In this document: positions 26,982-35,374 of the stretch, one piece after another
Numbering within the stretch: the first letter of the stretch is position 1
Layout: each line of letters starts with the position of its first letter
Assembly (NCBI GenBank): GCA_046759445.1
Contig: JBHICG010000031.1
Span: forward strand, 1 to 35,374
DNA length: 35,374 nucleotides
Source: Candidatus Scalinduaceae bacterium
GTDB taxonomy: Bacteria > Planctomycetota > Brocadiia > Brocadiales > Scalinduaceae
Direction of reading: 5' to 3'
The notes under the pieces: model-generated
Told to the model about the DNA's origin: nothing
The model's input: only the letters and a program-made list of their open reading frames with translations
The model's database searches: none
Program-made: the position numbers and the translations under genes

Positions 26982-27413
26982 TTAGTCATTGTAGGGTTCA
27001 TCTTCCTCAAGCCGTTTACCAAGCCCAACAACATTATCATCTGTATAGCCAATAGCCTGGTAGAACTCAATTACGTCCTTATTGGCTGACCGAACTTGCA
27101 GGTTGATTCTAGGGCAACCTTTCTCTTTTATACGCCCCTCGACAGCTTCCATGATTAAGCGTCCATAACCCTTTCTCTGGTATTTCGGATCTACAGCGAG
27201 GTAGTTTATCCAGCCGCGGTGACCTTCATATCCCCCCATCACACTGGCTATGATTTTACCGTTTACGTTTCCTACAAGAAAAAGATCACGATCTACTTTC
27301 ATTTTTCTTTCAATATCTCGTTTTGGATTGCTCCTTGGAAGTACTAAATTACACTTAAACCAAAGCTTGATGACTTCTTTTTCATCACTTTCTTGATACT
27401 CTCGAATTTCCAT
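26982..27413 (-). CDS. GNAT acetyltransferase (YpeA-like)
   Basis: MGGYEGHRGWINYLAVDPKYQRKGYG (motif A) and INLQVR..N..V..FY..IGY. Confidence 0.92.
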   Translation of the reverse strand: MEIREYQESDEKEVIKLWFKCNLVLPRSNPKRDIERKMKVDRDLFLVGNVNGKIIASVMGGYEGHRGWINYLAVDPKYQRKGYGRLIMEAVEGRIKEKGCPRINLQVRSANKDVIEFYQAIGYTDDNVVGLGKRLEEDEPYND

Positions 27414-27570
27414 GATACTTTATCTTTATATATAGACAATTTAATAAAACTTCTATATCAGAGAAACCTCAAAGATATATCTGTTTTAAAATCAGATTAG
27501 GCGTAGTCATTCCCTCTTTCGACGGTTACTGTTTCCAATTCATTGTATCCTCTATTTCTTATAAACGGGC

Positions 27571-27810
27571 CTAATCTTTGATTAGGCATAATCTCCCTTT
27601 ATAGATCTCTTCAGTCCAGCATAATCTGAAATGAGCGCATTCTTGACATTTACTGAGCAAACCTCTCCTTTCCATAAGTTCTTTTCCCAAAAGAGACTTT
27701 TCTGCTTCATTACGTTTCAGGAGTAGACATAAAGGCTCTTTCGTCAGACAACCATGTTGATTATAACAAGTAATACATATGTTTCTTTTTTCTGGTTTTT
27801 TATCTGACAT
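27571..27810 (-). CDS. Small Cys-rich hypothetical protein (possible metal binder)
   Basis: Seven Cys in two clusters: CITCYNQHGCLTKEPLC and CQECAHFRLC. Confidence 0.6.
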   Translation of the reverse strand: MSDKKPEKRNICITCYNQHGCLTKEPLCLLLKRNEAEKSLLGKELMERRGLLSKCQECAHFRLCWTEEIYKGRLCLIKD

Positions 27811-28250
27811 GATGTTTTTTAAACCTGACCATTAGAAGCCTCACATAGTGGATAAGATTCATCATCAGAAAAAAGAGATTCACCCATCCTCAAGGCAACA
27901 TCTCGGGAACGGGAAATGCTTTAAGACGGAGGAGGGTTATTAAACACCGTACGAGATAAATCCTCTGTTTCGTGCGCTTCGGAATTAATAGCATTTAGAT
28001 TGATTATGCTCTAGTGCTCAAGGCAATAAAAAGAAAACCCCCCTTGAGGCTGTGTCATAATGTTGAAAATTGGAATCTTGTCATTTCTGAAAGCGTTAGA
28101 GACTGGAGAATCTCGCTCAGGACTGGCTCCATGCGAAAGGTCTTGCCTTTGTGATGCCTTGAATAAACTCCACGAATGAAAAATCTATTAGAATCAATAA
28201 TATATAAAATCGAAATTCTTCGCCTAAAGTTTTTATTATGCTATGATTTC

Positions 28251-28964
28251 CTATTCTTTTTTGATGTGTGCCTCTTCCACAATCACATCATATTTGTAAC
28301 CACTCCCAAAATCTTTATCCTTATACAAGGTTCCATTTACGGTTACAACATCACCCACTGAAGGATTATCCTGAGTGGTAACCACAAGGTCGTGCGTGTT
28401 ATTCTTCTGTTCTCCGGTTCCATCCTGAATATGGAGCCAGTTCTTTCCCATAATTCCAACAGAAACCTTCATCACTTTACCTCGAATAAGAATGTTTTGC
28501 TTATCAAGCTTGTCACCTTTTTCATACAGTTCTGCTACTGTATAAGCATTTGAACCGGAAGCCTTTTCCACATTTATTGCTTCTTCGGTATGGACTACCG
28601 TACCCTTGCTGCCTATGCCCTCAGGTTTGTGTGATTCGGATGATCCATGTGAGACGGGGCCTGTAGAAAAAATGATCCTGTCGAATGTGCGGTTTAAGGT
28701 TTTACTCGTGAAATCGAACATTTCATGACCGGGCTCAAAAGACATCTCCTGACCAACAGCAACTTTCATTTCCATTACGGCAACCCACATTTTTTTCCCA
28801 TCCTTTTCAAGGAGGAGATACGTATAACCGCCACTGTTCATCGTTTCTACGATTTTGCCAGAAAGTGGGGTTGATGTATGTTCCGATCCTGCTTGCGTTG
28901 TTTGCATTGAGACAATCATTCCCCATGTTATAAAAATAGTCATACAAATGGTAAGTTTTTTCAT
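28251..28964 (-). CDS. Exported NrfJ-related / tandem OB-fold protein
   Basis: Signal peptide, GKIVETMNSGGYTY...WVA, F.SKTL.RTFD.I.F, GIMGKNWLHIQDGTG and DKDFGSGYKY. Confidence 0.75.
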   Translation of the reverse strand: MKKLTICMTIFITWGMIVSMQTTQAGSEHTSTPLSGKIVETMNSGGYTYLLLEKDGKKMWVAVMEMKVAVGQEMSFEPGHEMFDFTSKTLNRTFDRIIFSTGPVSHGSSESHKPEGIGSKGTVVHTEEAINVEKASGSNAYTVAELYEKGDKLDKQNILIRGKVMKVSVGIMGKNWLHIQDGTGEQKNNTHDLVVTTQDNPSVGDVVTVNGTLYKDKDFGSGYKYDVIVEEAHIKKE

Positions 28965-29260
28965 ATAAATGCTCCTTTATGTCATTTTGTTGAGTTAGCA
29001 AGATAAAGATCTACAACAAGAAATTGCCTTTTTAAACTGATAAATGAATTAAAACAGAATTCCATGAGATTTCAATCTTTTTTCAGATTTTATTACAAAT
29101 GATTTTTTGAACATACCTCTAAGACCTGATTGATTTGGGCATGATTATATGAATAAATATCAGCATAAACAAAGGATATCGCTGGTGAGGTGTGGTTTGG
29201 GGTGGACTAAAAATATATTTACTAACTCGGATTTCATATTTAGAATTTTGGTTTTCCCTC

Positions 29261-30430
29261 TTAGATACTGCGTACGTTAATGACTCCTTCTATGTTTTTC
29301 AGAGCAGAAAGGAAATCCGGTGTCGGTGGGGATTCTATATCAATCAAATTATACGCAATCTCGTGACGGCTCTTATTGAGCATCTCACTAATATTGATGT
29401 TCCTATCTGCGAGAATGGAAAGGATCCCTCCTAACATTCCAGGAACATTTTTGTTAGATAGCGCAATCCGGTACTCACTGGTTCGTTCTAAAGATGATGT
29501 TGGGAAATTGACCGAGTTTTTGATATTTCCGTGTTCAAGGAAAGAGATAAGTTGATCCACGGCCATCACTGCGCAGGTATCTTCTGCTTCTGTCGTACAT
29601 GAACCGATATGGGGCAGAAGAATCGTGTTTTTCCTTCCGATCAAATCCGGTGTTGGAAAATCTGTAACATATTGTGCAAGCTGCCCGCTTTCTAAAGCTG
29701 ATATGACTGCTGAAGAATTAACGATCTCTCCCCGAGAAAAATTAAGTAAATGAGCGCCAAGTTTAAAAAATTTTACTGTCTCACTGTTGATCGTATCCCG
29801 AGTTGCTTCCAACACAGGCAGATGCAGTGTTACGTAATCCGATTTGGACAAAAGAGAACGAAGGTTTTCCATTTTTTGTGTTTTATTAGACAATCTCCAG
29901 GCAGCATCTACAGATAACTCAGGATCGAAACCAACCACATCCATCCCAAGTTTAAGCCCCATGTCAGACACTAAAGATCCAATTGCTCCCAGTCCAACAA
30001 CTCCAAGGGTTTTTCCAGCAAGTTCCCGTCCTTGAAAATTATTCTTGTTAGTTTCCACTAACTTCTTCATTTCTTCAGCGTCAGTAACATGGTCAAGACC
30101 GTTCACATACAGAATTCCATCTAGGCACCTGCGGGAGCTAAATATTAAGGCAGCCAATACTAATTCTTTAACAGCGTTTGCATTTGCTCCAGGTGTATTA
30201 AACACGGGGATTCCACGTTCTGTACAAGCTTCAACCGGAATGTTATTCACACCAACTCCGGCTCTGGCAATGGCCTTTAACGGAGGGTAAATATATTCCG
30301 GAGTTAACGGTTGACTCCGGACTAAAATGGCATCCGGCTGGTTTGCTTCACTCGTAATCTCATAACGATCAGGGGCAAATTTCCCTAAACCCTTTGTCGA
30401 TATTTGATTCAGTTTTAAAATTTTGTACAT
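29261..30430 (-). CDS. serA: D-3-phosphoglycerate dehydrogenase family protein with C-terminal ACT domain
   Basis: RAGVGVNNIP, NTPGANANAVKE, GLGAIG (Rossmann), NFSR, PHIG, and ACT segment NKNVPGMLG. Confidence 0.85.
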   Translation of the reverse strand: MYKILKLNQISTKGLGKFAPDRYEITSEANQPDAILVRSQPLTPEYIYPPLKAIARAGVGVNNIPVEACTERGIPVFNTPGANANAVKELVLAALIFSSRRCLDGILYVNGLDHVTDAEEMKKLVETNKNNFQGRELAGKTLGVVGLGAIGSLVSDMGLKLGMDVVGFDPELSVDAAWRLSNKTQKMENLRSLLSKSDYVTLHLPVLEATRDTINSETVKFFKLGAHLLNFSRGEIVNSSAVISALESGQLAQYVTDFPTPDLIGRKNTILLPHIGSCTTEAEDTCAVMAVDQLISFLEHGNIKNSVNFPTSSLERTSEYRIALSNKNVPGMLGGILSILADRNINISEMLNKSRHEIAYNLIDIESPPTPDFLSALKNIEGVINVRSI

Positions 30431-30758
30431 TTGTCCTCTTATTTAACATAATTTAATTGATGTAGTTCTCATATTAACAACATATTTTAAACCATTTTTA
30501 TTGACTTTTCTCCATTGTATACAACTCCCCTAATTATGACAGGAGAAAAAGTCAACAATGTTTTCTGTGTAACTCCTTTTTATACAAAGAAATAGTGAAT
30601 TTTATCTATTATAAAATAAGATAGTTAAGGATATCAAATGGCTTGCTTTAGTCAACGTAAAAAGGGGTTCTAAATCCTCAGATATAGGAGTTTTAAACGA
30701 AGATTGTCAAGAGGTGTGTTTTACTACTTTAGACTTTGAGTTTAAACAGTAACATTAG

Positions 30759-30797
30759 AAAGGCATCCTTGCATCTTAATGACACAAGGGTGCCTTT
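30759..30797. terminator. Intrinsic terminator-like inverted repeat downstream of the His-rich gene
   Basis: AAAGGCATCCTTG / CAAGGGTGCCTTT, 13-bp arms with one mismatch; the T tails are short. Confidence 0.55.
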
Positions 30798-30962
30798 ATG
30801 TTTAGTCTAATAAACAATCGCTGTTATATATGCTCAGTAATTAGGTAGCTCTTTTAGTATGATAAAGCAAAAACCAAAAAATATCTTACGCAATGTTCTC
30901 AACAAGCCTACTTACAATAATGCAAACAGCCTTTTAATGATAATCATACAGTGTGATAATTA

Positions 30963-31259
30963 CTAGCATCCATGGCGCCTATAATATCTATAGGTGTATG
31001 GTCTATGTAAGTACCCGGGATTGTAGTAATAACCATGTCTGTAATATCTACCGTGGTGTTTTTTATACCTATAGTGTCTGCCGTTATGCTTATAATGGTG
31101 GTGGCTTCCGTGGTCATAATGCTTTTTATAGCTATGGCCATAATGACGATTGTGATGTCTTGAGTCGCTATTATGATGACGGTCGTTCCCATAGGCAATA
31201 GGATAGCTTGATAAGAATATGCTCATACAACATATTACAATTACTATTAGTTTATTCAT
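30963..31259 (-). CDS. Secreted His/Tyr/Arg-rich low-complexity peptide (start probably ATG 31259 or 31262)
   Basis: SD GAGGTG and a signal peptide ending AYG. The mature 74 aa contain 18 His and 16 Tyr (counted by hand). Confidence 0.75.
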   Translation of the reverse strand: MNKLIVIVICCMSIFLSSYPIAYGNDRHHNSDSRHHNRHYGHSYKKHYDHGSHHHYKHNGRHYRYKKHHGRYYRHGYYYNPGYLHRPYTYRYYRRHGC

Positions 31260-31429
31260 CATACACCTCACTTTCCCTACGTTTTAATACAACTAATATG
31301 ATGAAATTGTTCCTAATTATTTCCACTAAAAATAAATAATTATCTATCATATTATTTTAAAATATAATAAACCTTATGAAAAATCAATAATACTCACTAA
31401 TCAAGATGTGCACCCATTTTCACAGAAGT

Positions 31430-31849
31430 TCACTTACCATTTGAAAAGAACCTTTTGATCATACGATCAAGGTCGAGTCTATGCTGTGCAAATAGTTTAT
31501 AAAAGAAGTTGAAAAAATGTTTTAAGACAGGCCAGCTAGTTGATGATACTAACCAACGTAGCCCAATGGCGCCATATGCTTGTCGAACAACCTCAATTCC
31601 TCCTATCACTCGACCATCAGGAAATACCCCATGGATGTTTCCCTTCAAATCATTCAAAGATTTTCCATACCGCATAGGATCAAAATCTTCGTGAGAAATA
31701 TCTTCAAAAACAATTACACCCTTTCGATTTAAAAGACTTAATAAGAGTACTTCAACTCGACAAATATGGTATGCTCCATCGTATAATATTTTAAAATTCC
31801 AGTCAGACAAAGAAACCTCCTGACCATTAATGCAAAACTTGTGGTTCAA
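31430..31849 (-). CDS. DCC/DUF393 thiol-disulfide oxidoreductase family protein with a degenerate active site
   Basis: ILYDGAYHICRVEV (family motif DGxCxxC), I.FEDI, IHG...DG.V..G.EV.RQAY.AIGL.WL and Y..FA.HR. Confidence 0.75.
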   Translation of the reverse strand: MNHKFCINGQEVSLSDWNFKILYDGAYHICRVEVLLLSLLNRKGVIVFEDISHEDFDPMRYGKSLNDLKGNIHGVFPDGRVIGGIEVVRQAYGAIGLRWLVSSTSWPVLKHFFNFFYKLFAQHRLDLDRMIKRFFSNGK

Positions 31850-32047
31850 TCATCATCAACATAGAATATTTATAAAAGTGTAAATTATTAAGAATTGAGA
31901 TTTAAACCCTTTTTTCTTATGTTATAGAAGCTTCCATATACATTTAGTAGGATAATAAACTACTAAATAAAATCAAGGGGAAATGGGAAGGGTTTACAAA
32001 ATTATGTAGATTTCCTTTGACCCGCATTGCGGGCAATTTCTCTTTTT

Positions 32048-32075
32048 AAGCAAGGATTGATTTATGTTAAAAGAT
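32048..32075 (+). repeat. 28-bp direct repeat, left copy
   Basis: AAGCAAGGATTGATTTATGTTAAAAGAT, identical to 32815-32842. Confidence 0.93.
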
Positions 32076-32277
32076 ACACCTGGTTGCAAATCAGGCATAA
32101 ATATGTATGTCTGTCCCATATCTAATATCAAACTAATGCAGTCAAGGGGAGATTCGACCCCTTTTCCTTTTGATGGATTGAAGCATTTGTCAAATAAAAT
32201 AGTGTCCCCTTTTTCCTTTTTATATTATGATTTGAGAAGATTATCCGTGGATTGAAGTATTTGTCAATATGATTATG

Positions 32278-32294
32278 CCTGATCTTAGATCAGG
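32278..32294. promoter_or_regulatory. Perfect 8-1-8 palindrome upstream of the gemA-like gene (operator-like)
   Basis: CCTGATCT-T-AGATCAGG. Confidence 0.45.
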
Positions 32295-32332
32295 GGTTTA
32301 ACTCTCGTTTCCTTCCAACTGTTCCTATTTTA

Positions 32333-32704
32333 ATGGATAAGAAAAAACTGGCGGTTATTCACATTGTTAAAAAGGAATTATCCTTGAGTGATGACGAGTA
32401 CCGGAATATTCTTGAACGAATCACCGGTGTTCGATCCGCAAAGGATTTGACCGACAATCAGTTTCATAAACTGATGCGTTATTTTGTCAGAACCCGCCAT
32501 TATCGAGTGACAAGCAGAGGAATAACCATGCGGCAGAAATATTATATACGACAGTTGAAAGAGAAACTTCAGTGGGATGACGCCCATTTTCAAAATTATA
32601 TGCACAAATATTTCCATAACCGAGAGCTCATAACCTATACCAGGCACGACGCCAGCAATCTGATTGTTGCATTAACAGAGATCTTGAAAAGCCACGGCAC
32701 GTAA
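32333..32704 (+). CDS. Phage Mu GemA/gp16 (DUF1018) family protein
   Basis: IHIVKKELSLSDDEYRNILERITGVRSAKDLT matches the IHIAK..L.L.DD.YR..L...TG..S...LT signature. The C-terminus reads ASNLIVAL. Confidence 0.82.
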   Translation: MDKKKLAVIHIVKKELSLSDDEYRNILERITGVRSAKDLTDNQFHKLMRYFVRTRHYRVTSRGITMRQKYYIRQLKEKLQWDDAHFQNYMHKYFHNRELITYTRHDASNLIVALTEILKSHGT

Positions 32705-32814
32705 ACCGGAAGACCGATTGCACCAGGTATAATGTCATTAATCTGTACCAATCTCTTTGACATTATATTGTTTTTCCTGATTGCCTAAAATAATCTACGC
32801 CTTCTTCTCTCTTA

Positions 32815-32842
32815 AAGCAAGGATTGATTTATGTTAAAAGAT
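32815..32842 (+). repeat. 28-bp direct repeat, right copy
   Basis: Identical to 32048-32075. It extends to 38 bp with 2 mismatches (32805-32842 vs 32038-32075). Confidence 0.93.
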
Positions 32843-32873
32843 GTGGTCTTATCAATTAGGCATAATATTTTTT

Positions 32874-35372
32874 TTAATGGTCACTGTCCTTTTCATGCTT
32901 AATCAGTCTATTTTCAATTTGTGGATAAAGCTTGTCAATTTCCTTCTGAATTTCTATTGTCTTTTTTAAAGCAGTTACTACTTTGCAGTAATGTCGAATG
33001 TCGTCAAGGGTTAGTCTTTTGCCTTTTCTGTCTTTCAACCATTTATCTAATACTTGATAACCGCCAATTTGATATTCCCACAACTCTTTCTCAATCCCTT
33101 CAAAATACTGGTTTTTGTTAATGTGAACTCTCTTTTCATCCTCATTATACCTTAACTTTTCCACTAGACTTGTCCCATCGCCCTGAAACTTTGATATTGG
33201 ATTGTTTAATGACTTTGATTTTAACAGGTGTAGTTCCGTAAGCTCTTTTCCTAAAACAGACATCTTTTGAAAGAGTTTAAAATCCTTTGTGAATGGAACC
33301 TTCGGGAAATCTATCTTCAGAAATTCAGCATATTTAGTGCGGTAAATGTTTGAATAAAGCACTGCATAAATATAGAAGAATATTTGTTCTGGAATTGGTT
33401 CTTGCTTAAAATTCATTGTAAGTTGTTCGAGAAATACCCTAGAGAGATTTGACCTTTTTGTACCGTAATCTGCCTTTGGTTCAAAAAGCATCATAGTACT
33501 ACTAGAAGACCGTTTTTTAGGGTCAGTTTTTTGGGGATAGAGATATAGTGGGAATACAAAACCTGCACCTCTATTACTTATAAAAAGTCTTCTATCTGAA
33601 ATTTCATTTGCACAAAGAATATAGTTATAAATTTTTACAAAATCATAAAGGTATTGTCGCATTACTATCAAACCGATATTATCTTTAACAAAATGTTGCA
33701 TTACATCATAACGATCTCGGTCTATTAGTTCTGTAAGATAACAAATATATCTATTATCAAAGGGTCGATAAGAATATGGTATTATGGATTTTTGCCAATC
33801 TTTATTTTTTATTTTATTCCTTGCTTGCGCTATCTTGAAGTCATTAGTGTCCTTTAAGGTTAATCCCTGCCTTACTAATTCATCAGGTAAGTTACCAGTA
33901 AAAGTTCTCATCTTTTGTCTGACTTCCTCTTTTGTAAAACCAATTACAAAATGATCACGATGAGTCGTTACACCACTTGAAGATTTATTAAATATTTTTT
34001 GAATAGATATAAATTGATTATAGTTTCCTTGTAGCGAAAAATCTTTTTCCTCAAAGAAATAATGAGGTTCTGACGGCTGTAATTCTATCCATTTCGTAGA
34101 TTGAATATCATTTTTATTTAAATACGTATATTTCTTTTCTCTCAGGCCATAAACATCTTCATAAAAAACCTTTCCCAAGCCTTTATGTTTTTTGTTTTTG
34201 ATAAATAAAACAATAGAGACTCCCTGCTGGATATCAAAAACGTTTTCATCTTTACCTCCGTCAGGACATTTCTCACCAATACGGCTATTGCCATGTAGAT
34301 TTAAAACATAAATCTCATTGAAACTCTCTAATAATTTTTTGCGCATACCACGATGAATTAATCCTGAAATGTAGGAATTATTAGTAATCATACCTATAAT
34401 ACCTTTTCCTTCTTTTTCAATTTTCCAGTGTGCAAAGCGAATAAACTTAATGTAGTCATCGGAAAGAGGTTGTATATTTCTTTCGTCTCGAACATCTTCC
34501 TTGTAAAGTTCCATTTCTTTTTCAATAAAACTAGATTTATTGATAGAACTTACAGAATACGGAGGATTACCCATTATTACCAATACAGGCGTCTTCTTTT
34601 TTACCTTTCCTGCAAGTCGAGATTCCTCAGCTAAGGATGACATGCCGGGAAATTCAGATTGGGCTAGATCTTCCATTTCCAGGGTATTTGTCAGATACAA
34701 CTTGAATCTATCATCCTTTCTTAATTTGTAATCTAATTCCTCCATTAGAAATGACATCTTCAAATGACCTACAGCATAAGGCGCCATCATGAGTTCAAAG
34801 GCGTAGAAATTCTTCAAAATATGTTCTTTGATTAAGTCCTTTTTGCCTGCCTCGCCATATTTAGTGGTAAATTCTGTAGTAGCCAGTTTGCTTGCCTCAG
34901 CAAGAAATGTCAAAGTGCCGGCAGCAGGATCAAGTACAGTTACAGAGCTTGATGCAAAACCTTCGTCTTTACCAAATCTCTGCTTTAAGACGTAATGTAA
35001 TAAACGAACAATATATGAAACTACAGGTTCCGGAGTGTAATAAACACCCCTTCGCTCCCGTTCTTTTGGATCATACTCAGCAAGGAATGTTTCGTAAAAG
35101 TGAATGATTGGATCTTTCCCCTTACCTTCATGAAAATACTTGTGAAGTATATTATTTACATTGGTAACAGCTAAGACTTCTGCAATATCATCAACAATCC
35201 ATTCCATCTGTTTAGGTAGATCTTCAAGTGAAATGAACCTAAATACATCTCTTAAGATTCCTATCGTGCGAGGAATATTATCGAATGCAAGTTTACGATT
35301 AAAACCGTTTTCTGATCTCGTTCTTGCAGCAAAAAGACCATACGTAATAGTCTGTGAATATAAATCTGCAAA
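32874..35372 (-). CDS. Type IIG / Type ISP-like restriction-modification enzyme (N6-adenine MTase + C-terminal specificity domain); 5'-truncated by the window edge
   Basis: The frame stays open beyond 35207 to the window end (FADLYSQTITYGLFAAR...). Motifs are YETFLAEYDP..R..RGVYYTP, motif I LDPAAGT, motif IV GNPPY, YRPFD, IDFPKVP and IGGYQVL.KWLK.RK. Confidence 0.9.
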   Translation of the reverse strand, partial: FADLYSQTITYGLFAARTRSENGFNRKLAFDNIPRTIGILRDVFRFISLEDLPKQMEWIVDDIAEVLAVTNVNNILHKYFHEGKGKDPIIHFYETFLAEYDPKERERRGVYYTPEPVVSYIVRLLHYVLKQRFGKDEGFASSSVTVLDPAAGTLTFLAEASKLATTEFTTKYGEAGKKDLIKEHILKNFYAFELMMAPYAVGHLKMSFLMEELDYKLRKDDRFKLYLTNTLEMEDLAQSEFPGMSSLAEESRLAGKVKKKTPVLVIMGNPPYSVSSINKSSFIEKEMELYKEDVRDERNIQPLSDDYIKFIRFAHWKIEKEGKGIIGMITNNSYISGLIHRGMRKKLLESFNEIYVLNLHGNSRIGEKCPDGGKDENVFDIQQGVSIVLFIKNKKHKGLGKVFYEDVYGLREKKYTYLNKNDIQSTKWIELQPSEPHYFFEEKDFSLQGNYNQFISIQKIFNKSSSGVTTHRDHFVIGFTKEEVRQKMRTFTGNLPDELVRQGLTLKDTNDFKIAQARNKIKNKDWQKSIIPYSYRPFDNRYICYLTELIDRDRYDVMQHFVKDNIGLIVMRQYLYDFVKIYNYILCANEISDRRLFISNRGAGFVFPLYLYPQKTDPKKRSSSSTMMLFEPKADYGTKRSNLSRVFLEQLTMNFKQEPIPEQIFFYIYAVLYSNIYRTKYAEFLKIDFPKVPFTKDFKLFQKMSVLGKELTELHLLKSKSLNNPISKFQGDGTSLVEKLRYNEDEKRVHINKNQYFEGIEKELWEYQIGGYQVLDKWLKDRKGKRLTLDDIRHYCKVVTALKKTIEIQKEIDKLYPQIENRLIKHEKDSDH

Positions 35373-35374
35373 AT

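Noticed and set aside
27470..27555. Possible gene remnant on the - strand (SD AGAGGA then MNWKQ*, shifted LETVTVERGNDY/NLILKQ)
   Set aside because: Too short and fragmented to assign without a search.
28078..28186. Degenerate GTCATTCTGAG...GAATCT-type palindromic repeat remnant
   Set aside because: The resemblance is from memory only, and no second copy or clean inverted arm is visible in the window.
32038..32842. CRISPR array or integron attC interpretation of the repeats
   Set aside because: There are only two copies 767 bp apart, with no regular spacers, no cas or integrase gene, and no RYYYAAC...GTTRRRY palindromic structure.
1930..35107. The many short antisense or nested ORFs in the ORF track (e.g. 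1930-2247, 6086-6436, 14384-14815, 30944-31198, 34428-35107)
   Set aside because: They lie opposite or within well-supported genes and have no motifs or RBS support.

Overview
Low-GC bacterial window. Its core (4806-25974, + strand) is a division/cell-wall (dcw) cluster: mraZ-rsmH-ftsL-ftsI-murE-murF-mraY-ftsW-murG-murC-murB-ddl-ftsQ. It has no murD, ftsA or ftsZ. This layout suggests an FtsZ-less lineage such as anammox Planctomycetota (Brocadiia), but that is inference and was not verified. The most striking feature is six non-dcw genes inserted co-directionally inside the cluster. A HATPase_c-only protein sits between ftsL and ftsI, and an unknown 77-aa protein with a structured leader sits between ftsI and murE. 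Between murB and ddl lies a tightly packed, fully cytoplasmic four-gene signalling block: a PAS-like histidine kinase, a pseudo-receiver kinase, a REC-GAF-HD-GYP phosphodiesterase, and a pseudoREC-GAF-degenerate GGDEF protein with an intact RxxD I-site. Together these are a candidate phosphorelay/c-di-GMP cell-cycle module. The left flank holds the 3' end of a 2[4Fe-4S] protein gene, a radical-SAM pseudogene remnant, mgtE, tRNA-Pro(CGG), a mini-glutaredoxin and queA. The right flank is accessory: DUF4197, a GNAT, a Cys-rich protein, an NrfJ/OB-fold-like protein, a serA-like dehydrogenase, a His/Tyr-rich secreted peptide, a degenerate DCC/DUF393 protein, a gemA-like gene between 28-bp direct repeats, and a partial Type IIG/ISP-like restriction-modification gene. 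All calls come from reading motifs by eye; no searches were run.
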